NCBI GenBank assembly: GCA_048941015.1
Contig: JBHLNZ010000041.1
Span: 1-29,110 of the forward strand
DNA length: 29,110 nt
Direction: 5' to 3'
DNA from: Promethearchaeota archaeon
GTDB lineage: Archaea > Asgardarchaeota > Lokiarchaeia > Sigyniarchaeales > SOKP01
Below the pieces are notes generated by a model, which was not told where the DNA came from, ran no database searches, and saw only the letters and a list, made by a program, of their open reading frames with translations. Shown piece after piece: positions 19,367-27,507 of this stretch (position 1 is its first letter; each line of letters begins with the position of its first letter). A program made the position numbers and the translations under genes.

Positions 19367-20362
19367 ATGCACCACGTTAAAATAAATAATTTGGCATTAA
19401 ATTTAGTGAAAAAAATTATAGAAAATAAAGATTTTTATAACGCAGAAATTTACCGATTAAATAATGGTTCGACAATTTTAAATATGACAAATGCTTCTTG
19501 GATGGGAGGTAAATTAGTTGGAGAAATATGTATGGGAGGTTTAGGTACTGTTGAATTTACATCTTATGATTTGGATGGACATTATTTACCAGCTGTTAAT
19601 GTATATACATCAGAACCAATTATTGCATGTTTAGCATCTCAGTTAGCTGGTTGGTCTGTGAAATTAAAAAAAGAAGTAGAAAAAGAAGGAGAGATTAAGA
19701 AAAAAGTTGTTTTTCAATCATTAGGTTCTGGACCAGCTCGCGCAAAAGCTAAAACTGAAAAACTCTATGAAGAAATTGACTATACTGATGATTCAGATTG
19801 TGCGATTATCGTTTTTGAAACCAGAAAAATGCCTAATGAAGAAGTCTTAGATATCGTTATTAATAAATGTAATGTTAGTGCAGAAAAGACTTATGCTATT
19901 TGTGCACCAACAGCATGTTTAACTGGTTCAATTCAAGTTGCTGCTAGAATTGTTGAAACTGGAATTCATAAACTTCATGAAATTCATTTTCCTTTAGAAG
20001 TTATTAAAAATGGTTTTGGAATAACCTCTATAGCTCCGATTACCAAGGATGATTTTGCTGCGATGGGTACAACTAACGATTCTATCATTGCGGGAGGAAA
20101 AACATTCTACACAATAGAAGTAGAAAAGGAAAAAGAAACAGAATTATTTGAACTTCTTAAAAAGGCACCAGCAAACCAATCTTCTAGTTATGGAAAACCA
20201 TTTAACGTAATTTTTGAAGAAGCAGGATATGATTTTTATAAAATAGATCCTGGTTTATTTGCTCCTGCGGTGTATACAGTAAATAATATAAAAACAGGAA
20301 AAACAATAACGATGGGAGCAATTAATCATGATTTATTAAAAAAATCATATGGGTTAGGCTAA
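19367..20362 (+). CDS. mch: Methenyl-H4MPT cyclohydrolase
   Basis: EICMGGLG, ACLASQLAGW, LGSGPARA, APTA...GSIQVAARIVETGIHKL, MGTTND, DFYKIDPGLFAPA; ATG 19367 (GTG 19358 alternative). Confidence 0.95.
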   Translation: MHHVKINNLALNLVKKIIENKDFYNAEIYRLNNGSTILNMTNASWMGGKLVGEICMGGLGTVEFTSYDLDGHYLPAVNVYTSEPIIACLASQLAGWSVKLKKEVEKEGEIKKKVVFQSLGSGPARAKAKTEKLYEEIDYTDDSDCAIIVFETRKMPNEEVLDIVINKCNVSAEKTYAICAPTACLTGSIQVAARIVETGIHKLHEIHFPLEVIKNGFGITSIAPITKDDFAAMGTTNDSIIAGGKTFYTIEVEKEKETELFELLKKAPANQSSSYGKPFNVIFEEAGYDFYKIDPGLFAPAVYTVNNIKTGKTITMGAINHDLLKKSYGLG

Positions 20363-20412
20363 AAATATAAATTTTTTTTATATCAAATTATTTTTTATTA
20401 ATTTAAAGAATG

Positions 20413-21597
20413 TTAAAAATTAGTTAATTCTTCTTGATATTTTAAAACTTCAGCTGTAGATATATCTCTGTCAAATTTAATCTCTTTATGAATTCCTAAA
20501 TAAGCACATGATATATTTGCTGCTGCTACGATCTCAGCTTTTTTCAAGGTGAGAGAATATTCATCGATACCTTGAATCTTTTGACTATCTTCAAACCTCC
20601 TTGAAGGGATATCACTATCGAGAAAGATATCATCGTTATATTTTGATTTTTCATATTTTTGTTCTTGCATCTGAATTGCTCTTTCTGATTTCATTTTATA
20701 TAATAAAGAAGCCATTTTATCAGCGACTTTAAAAGGTAATTGATTCTTGACTACTAAACGAATAATATTATTAATATCAAAATAATTTAAGGTATCGTAT
20801 TTAACCCGAATGAAGCTTTTAAGATTTTCAGAGTTTTTTTCGCATTCAATCTCTGTCCAATCATGGATAGCTAATCTTCTTCTAAAAAATATAAGTTCCC
20901 AGTCGATATTCAGTTGCTTCAAAAATTCAAATAATTTATCATCATCAGGTTTCCTTGATTCAATAATTATGAAAAGTTGGAGTCCATAATATTTATGTTC
21001 TTGTTGAAGGAAAAAACCTCTTTGTTGCATTGAAGCAAGAATTTTTATTTTTATTGAATAGATGTTATCAGTTACATTCTTTTTTCCACAGTTTAAATAA
21101 ATAATATTTCCCTCTTCACTAATATAATCACAATCTAAGAATCCTAAAATGCTATCATCATTTTCTTTGACAAAATCTCTTAAACCACTCAATGTTGGTC
21201 TAACATCATATTTTATTAAATCACTTTCTCTAATAGTAACATAATCATTGATGCTGCCCCCAATAGCTAATTTTATGGAATTTAATTTTAACTCTTTCTC
21301 TTCTCCAAAAACAGTTTGAAAAGCTTCAATTAACGGAAAAACTTCATCTTCCAAAATTTTCAAATCAGCTATAGAACTCTCATATGGCTCCGGTTCATTA
21401 AGCATTTTATTTATAATCGGTGCTTCTGAGGCATTAACTTCAATTTCGTAATCTTTTGCTAAATCTTTTCTTATTACACAGATAGATTTTCTTTTCTCAT
21501 TATACATTGAAAGTGATGTAGAATTATCCAAGACAGCTCGAAATTTTTCTACAAATTTAGTGTCCAAATTATCTGATTTTTTAGTCCTTCTTCTCAT
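20413..21597 (-). CDS. Hypothetical soluble protein (394 aa)
   Basis: Long ATG-initiated ORF with globular alpha/beta-like composition; no recognisable motif. Confidence 0.75.
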   Translation of the reverse strand: MRRRTKKSDNLDTKFVEKFRAVLDNSTSLSMYNEKRKSICVIRKDLAKDYEIEVNASEAPIINKMLNEPEPYESSIADLKILEDEVFPLIEAFQTVFGEEKELKLNSIKLAIGGSINDYVTIRESDLIKYDVRPTLSGLRDFVKENDDSILGFLDCDYISEEGNIIYLNCGKKNVTDNIYSIKIKILASMQQRGFFLQQEHKYYGLQLFIIIESRKPDDDKLFEFLKQLNIDWELIFFRRRLAIHDWTEIECEKNSENLKSFIRVKYDTLNYFDINNIIRLVVKNQLPFKVADKMASLLYKMKSERAIQMQEQKYEKSKYNDDIFLDSDIPSRRFEDSQKIQGIDEYSLTLKKAEIVAAANISCAYLGIHKEIKFDRDISTAEVLKYQEELTNF

Positions 21598-21856
21598 AAA
21601 TTATTTCAATTTTTTTTAAAACAATCTTCTATTTTATGTTTAAATAAAAAAAATTTAATCTTATAATTTTTTCCCTAAGAAATAATAAATCCTTGATGCC
21701 TTTCGAAATTTTTTAATCTTTTTTTGTAGAAATTCTTTAAAGATTATCTTTAAACTTATATTATATTCTAGATATTTAAGTTCAATGATTAATACATGAA
21801 TGAAAATCGAAATTCTTTACTTAATAATATGAGTAAATGAGATAGAAATCTTTACA

Positions 21857-22036
21857 TTAATCTAATTCATCCTCAAGAAAATAAGTATCACCCTTCTTGA
21901 GATATACCATTGTGGAGCCAAAATTATTACGCACAGTATATTTATTACCTTCAATATCCAAAATTTCTATTGAATAGGGTAATCTTCTCTCCTTCATTAT
22001 TTCTTCAATTATTTTCTTTTCTTCTTTAAGGTCCAT
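21857..22036 (-). CDS. Small hypothetical protein (59 aa)
   Basis: ATG at 22036 gives MDLKEEKKIIEEIMKERRLPYSIEILDIEGNKYTVRNNFGSTMVYLKKGDTYFLEDELD; protein-like helix-plus-strands pattern; not overlapping other genes. Confidence 0.65.
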   Translation of the reverse strand: MDLKEEKKIIEEIMKERRLPYSIEILDIEGNKYTVRNNFGSTMVYLKKGDTYFLEDELD

Positions 22037-22260
22037 AAAATAATTCAATGTAATAATTTAAAAAAATTTTATTATTTCAAAACTTAACTCTCTGAATCGA
22101 TTAAATTAAATCCTTATTAACTTAATTCTTACCATAAAAAGTTTTAGATTTCGAGATTTTTATTAAAAAATCGAGGAAATTTTAATAAAACGATAGCTAT
22201 TTAATTAAATAGTTCTTTAAGTATCCTAATAGAGAACATATTATACATATTCTTTTTTTC

Positions 22261-22266
22261 GAGGAG
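22261..22266 (+). promoter_or_regulatory. Shine-Dalgarno-like GAGGAG before the glycosyltransferase
   Basis: GAGGAG 4 nt before ATG 22271. Confidence 0.55.
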
Positions 22267-22270
22267 TGCT

Positions 22271-23518
22271 ATGGCTAAACAAACCCTTAATATTGGTTTT
22301 TTCAGTAGTATGTATAGCCAAATTAATGGTACTGCTCATGCTGTACGCTTTTTATCAGAAGCTATAGCTAAGCGTGGCCATGATGTTTATGTTTTCGCTC
22401 CCCGTATTCAAGATGGCTATAAGAAACCAAGCACTTTACATTTTGAAGATATAGGAGGCGCAATCATCGGCAATAAAACTGGATTTGTTCTAAGTGCTCC
22501 ATTACAAAAGATTTTTTTCTGTCAACATGACTATTTAGATATCTCTCATATTCATACTCATGCAACGATAGGTTCAATGGCGATAAATTGGTCTAAATAT
22601 CTAGGCATTCCAATGATAGGTACCCATAATAGTCCTATGCAGTATTACACAGCTCAATATGTTCCTCTCATTGGTAAACTTTTAACAAAATCGGATCTAA
22701 TTTGGAGATATGAAAGGCATATTCTGGATAAATATGATCTTGTGCACGTAGCGACTAAATCTAAAAAAGATTTACTTCTAGATTACAGATTTAAAGAACC
22801 AATATTATGCATGACAAATGGTATCCATGATTTGTATTATACTAATCTAAAAGAAAACGGAATACGTGACAAATATAATCTTGGTGATAAAAAAGTTCTT
22901 TTATACGCATCTCGGCTATCACCTGAAAAACATCCAATTAGTATAATTAAGACGTTTAAGAGAATACATAAGGAAATTCCTGATTCTCATTTGTTATTAG
23001 TTGGAAGTGATGGACCATCAACAGATCACGTTAAAAGACTTATTAAAAAGAGAAAGTATAAGGATTTCGTCTCTTATGCAGGAAGAGTACCATTTCCTGA
23101 TTTATTGAAGTTATATAATACAGCCGACTTATCATGTTTATGGTCATGGATAGAAGCAGAGGGTCTTGTTTTAATCGAAGCTATGGCTCAAGGTACTCCA
23201 AGTGTGGGCGCTAATGCATGCGGAATAAGAAATATAATCAGACATGGTAAAACAGGATATTTAGCTAATGATCTAAATCAATTCAAAGATTATGTAGTTA
23301 AATTATTTAAGGATGACGAACTTCGGATTCAATTTGGAAAAAATGCAAAAAGTGTTGCTTTAGGTTACCGTGTTAGTGAAATTGCGAAAACTTGGATAAA
23401 GCTATACAAATTTACCATAAATGAATTATATCCTTTGAGATATCATCGAAGGGATCGTAAGGAAAGAGTTGAATTAGTGAAAGAATTTATTCATCACTTA
23501 CCAAATGTCTCATTTTAA
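22271..23518 (+). CDS. GT4 (GT-B) glycosyltransferase, resembling lipid monoglucosyltransferases
   Basis: IGFFSSMYSQINGTAHAV...KRGHDVYVFAP, HIHT, IGTHN, NGI, ASRLSPEKH, LVGSDGP, EAEGLVLIEAMAQG. Confidence 0.88.
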   Translation: MAKQTLNIGFFSSMYSQINGTAHAVRFLSEAIAKRGHDVYVFAPRIQDGYKKPSTLHFEDIGGAIIGNKTGFVLSAPLQKIFFCQHDYLDISHIHTHATIGSMAINWSKYLGIPMIGTHNSPMQYYTAQYVPLIGKLLTKSDLIWRYERHILDKYDLVHVATKSKKDLLLDYRFKEPILCMTNGIHDLYYTNLKENGIRDKYNLGDKKVLLYASRLSPEKHPISIIKTFKRIHKEIPDSHLLLVGSDGPSTDHVKRLIKKRKYKDFVSYAGRVPFPDLLKLYNTADLSCLWSWIEAEGLVLIEAMAQGTPSVGANACGIRNIIRHGKTGYLANDLNQFKDYVVKLFKDDELRIQFGKNAKSVALGYRVSEIAKTWIKLYKFTINELYPLRYHRRDRKERVELVKEFIHHLPNVSF

Positions 23519-23616
23519 GATTTTTTTCACTTATTAATTAATATTACTAGGTATTTAAGTTATTAAAAATATTATAAATATAATTACACGCATTATATAC
23601 TATTGATCATATTATT

Positions 23617-24675
23617 ATGTCGGATGATTTATTTAACTCAGAGACAAAAATTACTCAAAAAGAAAATAATGAAAACAATTCGGATGTAGAGGAAGCTGGA
23701 CAAGAGATTATAGAGAAGAAGTTTGTTTCTCATTATTTACCTACGTATAGAATCAGATTTAAATTATATCCCCTACCCATTATATTAGTTGTAATATTCG
23801 CAGGAGCTTTGTCATATATAACATATATTCAAGCAGGAATAAGAATTGACGGGGGTTATATATCAGAGGAAGAGTTTGGAGCAATTGGAGGATTATTAAA
23901 TGGGATCATTTTTACGCTAATTGCAGTTGCATCTGCATTTATAATAATTTTTTTAATAAAAAAGATTGGTTTAAATGTACTCAAATATCTTTTTAGTTTT
24001 ACAATTGGGTTTATTAGCTTCTTTCTATCATGGTTTTTTGGAGAAATCTTAATTTATTTAATATTTAATCAACTACCTCCTTCGAATTTTATTATAAATT
24101 TATATTATGCTATTACCCGATTCGAATTACCATTCTTTGCTGGAGTTTTATCAATTTTCTTGATGTATAAATATATTACATTTCGATCAATTAAGTCAAA
24201 AAATTTGATTGTTTTATATATTAGTTTATTAACAGGTGCGTCATTGGGAGTAATAATGCCTCTTTGGACAACTTTATCAATTCTTATTGGTATTTCTCTT
24301 TGGGATATTTTTGCTGTTTTTTATAGGAAAGGCCCTATAAAACAAATGTTTGATATAGCTTCTCAAAATGATAGAGATTTGGTTAGTGATGAAATAAAAG
24401 AAAGAATTAAGACTGGTGAAGCTGTATATGATACTTCCAAAATTGAAATTGGCATTGGAGATTTGATTTTCTACAGTCTACTTACTTCAACTGCCCTTAT
24501 TCAAAGTACAAGTTTATTTGTAATGATCTTAACATCAGCTGCTATCATTATTGGCACAGGTCTCACATTAATGGGTCTAAAGAAAAACAGAATTTTACCA
24601 GGCTTACCGATTTCTATCTTTTTAGGTATTGCGACTATGCTTATTTCTTGGTATATAATATCAATTCTTATATAA
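23617..24675 (+). CDS. Presenilin-family (A22) intramembrane aspartyl protease
   Basis: About 9 TM segments; MPLWT...ISLWDIFAVF..KGP (YD-equivalent), IGIGDLIFYS (GxGD), LPGLPISI (PAL-equivalent). Confidence 0.9.
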   Translation: MSDDLFNSETKITQKENNENNSDVEEAGQEIIEKKFVSHYLPTYRIRFKLYPLPIILVVIFAGALSYITYIQAGIRIDGGYISEEEFGAIGGLLNGIIFTLIAVASAFIIIFLIKKIGLNVLKYLFSFTIGFISFFLSWFFGEILIYLIFNQLPPSNFIINLYYAITRFELPFFAGVLSIFLMYKYITFRSIKSKNLIVLYISLLTGASLGVIMPLWTTLSILIGISLWDIFAVFYRKGPIKQMFDIASQNDRDLVSDEIKERIKTGEAVYDTSKIEIGIGDLIFYSLLTSTALIQSTSLFVMILTSAAIIIGTGLTLMGLKKNRILPGLPISIFLGIATMLISWYIISILI

Positions 24676-24689
24676 ATTGAAATATAACT

Positions 24690-25877
24690 ATGGTAGATAT
24701 ATCTAATATTAAAAATATAGCTGTTATTGGAGCAGGAACCATGGGACATGAAATCGCCCAGGTTGCCTTAATGGCAGGCTTTGAAAAAGTAATTTTGAAT
24801 GATTTGAATAAAGAAATTCTTAATTCTGCTAGAATTAAAATACGAAAAAATTTAGAAAAGCTTTATACAAAAGGCAAACTGGAAGGTAATACTACCCCTA
24901 ATCTCCTTATGAATAATCTTCTTATAGAAATAGATTTATCAGAAGCAGTTTCAAATGCTGATTTTGTTATCGAAGCAATACCTGAAGTAATGGAACTAAA
25001 GCAGAAATTATTTGCTGAATTAGGAGATTTAACGCCAAAAAACACAATTTTAGCTACTAACACCTCAACGATGAGTATAACTAAAATCGCGGCTTTTTGT
25101 GTAAAACCTGATAAAGTAATTGGAATGCATTTTTTTACTCCTATTGTTGTTTTAAGGCTGATTGAATTAATTAAAGGAGAAAAAACATCTCAAGAGACCT
25201 TTGATGTTAGTCATGCTGTAGGGCAAAAGCTCCCAGCTCTTAAAGGTAAAAGATATATAGCAAAAATTCAAAAGGAAAGTCCTGGTTTTATTGTAAATCG
25301 CTTAACTATTGGATCTAATCTTTATTTAAATTGGCTTCTTGATGAGGCTAATAAAAAAGGCATCCCAATCGAAACTATAGATAATGATATAACAACTCCA
25401 CCCGAATTAGGAATTTTTGCAAAATGGGACTATCTTGGATTAGATGTTATATACGACACTATGAAATATTTTGCAGAAGAAATTTCACCAGATTTTACTC
25501 CAGGTATTACTCTTTCAAATTTAATAAAAGAAGGAAACTTAGGAAGAAAAACTGGTAGAGGAATATACGAATGGTTTGAAGGAAAACCTTCTATTAAAAC
25601 CACTAGACGAGCAGAGATTTTTTCTTCTGAGATCTATTATGCAATTCAATTAAATGAAGGTTGTAAGTTATTGGAAGAAAAAGTAGTTTCAGGATACAAG
25701 ATTATTGATGATGCAATGTTAGCAGGAATGGATATACCTGGGCCATTTAGTGCAGGCAGGAAGAAATATCAAAAGTGGAGCGAATTACTTATAGATCTCT
25801 CCAAAAAAACTGGATTGAATTATTTCAAACCATGTGATTTAATGAAAAGTGGAAAATTCATAAATATGAGAAAATAG
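24690..25877 (+). CDS. 3-hydroxyacyl-CoA dehydrogenase family protein with duplicated C-terminal domain
   Basis: AVIGAGTMGHEIAQ, ADFVIEAIPE, ATNTST, GMHFF.P...LIE, ESPGFIVNR, LGRKTGRGIY; second C-terminal repeat NEGCKLLEE...IDDAM..G..IPGPF. Confidence 0.9.
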   Translation: MVDISNIKNIAVIGAGTMGHEIAQVALMAGFEKVILNDLNKEILNSARIKIRKNLEKLYTKGKLEGNTTPNLLMNNLLIEIDLSEAVSNADFVIEAIPEVMELKQKLFAELGDLTPKNTILATNTSTMSITKIAAFCVKPDKVIGMHFFTPIVVLRLIELIKGEKTSQETFDVSHAVGQKLPALKGKRYIAKIQKESPGFIVNRLTIGSNLYLNWLLDEANKKGIPIETIDNDITTPPELGIFAKWDYLGLDVIYDTMKYFAEEISPDFTPGITLSNLIKEGNLGRKTGRGIYEWFEGKPSIKTTRRAEIFSSEIYYAIQLNEGCKLLEEKVVSGYKIIDDAMLAGMDIPGPFSAGRKKYQKWSELLIDLSKKTGLNYFKPCDLMKSGKFINMRK

Positions 25878-25969
25878 ATATAAATTAAAAGAAATAATAT
25901 TATTAGAAGAAAATTATTATTAATTAATTTGCTTAAGTAAGCAACTAACTAGATATTAAAATTTTTAAT

Positions 25970-26356
25970 ATGAATCAAGGATTAGAAACTATTGAAGAAG
26001 CTCTAAAAAAATTAGTCAGAGCAATTCCAGAAGTTAAAGCAATTTCATTATTGTCCAATGAGGGTATGCCTTTAGCATTCATATTACCACAAGAAATCGA
26101 CGATTTAAAAATATCCGGTATTGCAGCTGCGCTTTTATCTATGAGTGAATTAGCTAGTATAGACATGCAAAAAGGTGATTTCAATCAATTATATATAAAA
26201 GGAACTGATGGGTATCTCTTGCTTCTGGGAGTTGGAGATAGACACGCTTTATTAATTTCAGCTTCAAATGATGTTAGACTTGGTATGTTATTATTTGAAA
26301 CAAATTTATTGATCGAAAGAATAATATCAATAATTCCTTCCTTAGAATTTGATTGA
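25970..26356 (+). CDS. Roadblock/LC7 (MglB/LAMTOR-like) domain protein
   Basis: IPEVKAISLLSNEGMPLA, ISGIAAALLSMSE, GDFNQLYIKGTDGYLLL, LLISA...RLGML. Confidence 0.9.
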   Translation: MNQGLETIEEALKKLVRAIPEVKAISLLSNEGMPLAFILPQEIDDLKISGIAAALLSMSELASIDMQKGDFNQLYIKGTDGYLLLLGVGDRHALLISASNDVRLGMLLFETNLLIERIISIIPSLEFD

Positions 26357-26494
26357 TAAGTTTTCTCTTTCTAACTTTTTGATTTAGATTTAAATCAGCA
26401 ACAATTTTTTTAACTATTAATGAATACCTTAAATTAGATTAAAATATATAGAAAATTAAACTGTCTCTATCACATAAATAATAACTCAATAAAA

Positions 26495-26785
26495 ATGTCA
26501 GAAAAGAATTCATCTTCTAAGACGGGTTTCGAAAAAGTTATAGACTTTTTTAATAATAACCTTGAAATTAATCAGCCTATAGCTATAGCTGAAATAGTGG
26601 AAAAGACAGGGTTCTCTTGGAGTTTTATAAAGAAAACATTAACAAAATTAAAAGATGATTATGATGGATTTCATTTTGAAAAATCTGGAAGTACATGGAT
26701 TTCTTGGAAAGACCGCTCTCATATTATTAAAAAATTAGATGATACATGTGCTCGATTTTTATATAAAAATGAGGATGAGTGTTAA
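26495..26785 (+). CDS. Small winged helix-turn-helix protein
   Basis: PIAIAEIVEKTGFSWSFIKKTLTKL (HTH) followed by a beta-wing FEKSGSTWISW. Confidence 0.65.
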   Translation: MSEKNSSSKTGFEKVIDFFNNNLEINQPIAIAEIVEKTGFSWSFIKKTLTKLKDDYDGFHFEKSGSTWISWKDRSHIIKKLDDTCARFLYKNEDEC

Positions 26786-26795
26786 TTTTATAGAC

Positions 26796-27170
26796 CTATA
26801 GATATAAATTGAATTTATCTATATCTTCACGAATTTTTGAGATTTTTTTCTCTTGTATTTCATCAGCACCTACTCCCTGAATATCTTCTTCGAGATCTAA
26901 TCTTTCTTCTTCATAAGCTTCTTCTACATCCATTCCATATCTAATCGCATATGCAACCAATTCCGGAATAAGTGATACCATTGCTTTAAAACTGAAAATT
27001 CCTGCTAGTCTACTCAAAATCTTTATCATTTCTTTAAACGGATCAAATTCTATTTCAGGTTTTTTCATTATTTCCATTATTCTTTTAAATAGAACTTCAT
27101 AAAAAACTTCAAATTCTTCTCTATTTAATATTTCTTCTTCTTCTTCGTCCTCTTCCATTCTCATTACCAT
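26796..27170 (-). CDS. Acidic helical hypothetical protein with C-terminal HbYX motif (LYL)
   Basis: 124-aa ORF with E/D-rich termini and a hydrophobic helical core; ends ...DKFNLYL-stop; start may be any of three Met. Confidence 0.7.
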   Translation of the reverse strand: MVMRMEEDEEEEEILNREEFEVFYEVLFKRIMEIMKKPEIEFDPFKEMIKILSRLAGIFSFKAMVSLIPELVAYAIRYGMDVEEAYEEERLDLEEDIQGVGADEIQEKKISKIREDIDKFNLYL

Positions 27171-27507
27171 TTTCGATTTTTATTATGAAAAATAAAGAAA
27201 TTAAGGTTTTATTAAATATCCTTTTTTTTTGGTTACCTATAAAGCTAAATGATATTTAGAAATTATTTTAATAAAAAAATTTCTTTCTTAACAAGAATGG
27301 TAATAAAAATTCTTCAAGATCAACTAAACAAAAAAAAACATAATCCTTTTCTTAATAATAATAATTATCATCAAAATTCTTCGAGTTTGATTAAATTTTG
27401 CGTAATAGATGAAGAGTGTGAAATTTCATTTAACTTTAAATGTTGTGTAATATTTTATTAGGCAAATAATATTCACTTATATTTCATATCTTAAAGTGTC
27501 TAATTTT

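Noticed and set aside
6282-20362. Methanogenesis inferred from ftr/mtd/mch
   Set aside because: No mcr or mtr in the window; these genes are common in non-methanogenic archaea as the H4MPT C1 branch
14506-26356. Selenocysteine read-through at the TGA stops of the zinc-ribbon MTAP, DHH nuclease and roadblock genes
   Set aside because: The proteins are already full length at the TGA; the DHH and roadblock frames hit another stop within three codons; no convincing SECIS-like hairpin seen
27249-27461. 70-aa ORF in the divergent spacer before the FrhB-like gene
   Set aside because: N/K/F/I-biased translation of AT-rich promoter DNA with homopolymer runs; no protein-like pattern, though it cannot be fully excluded
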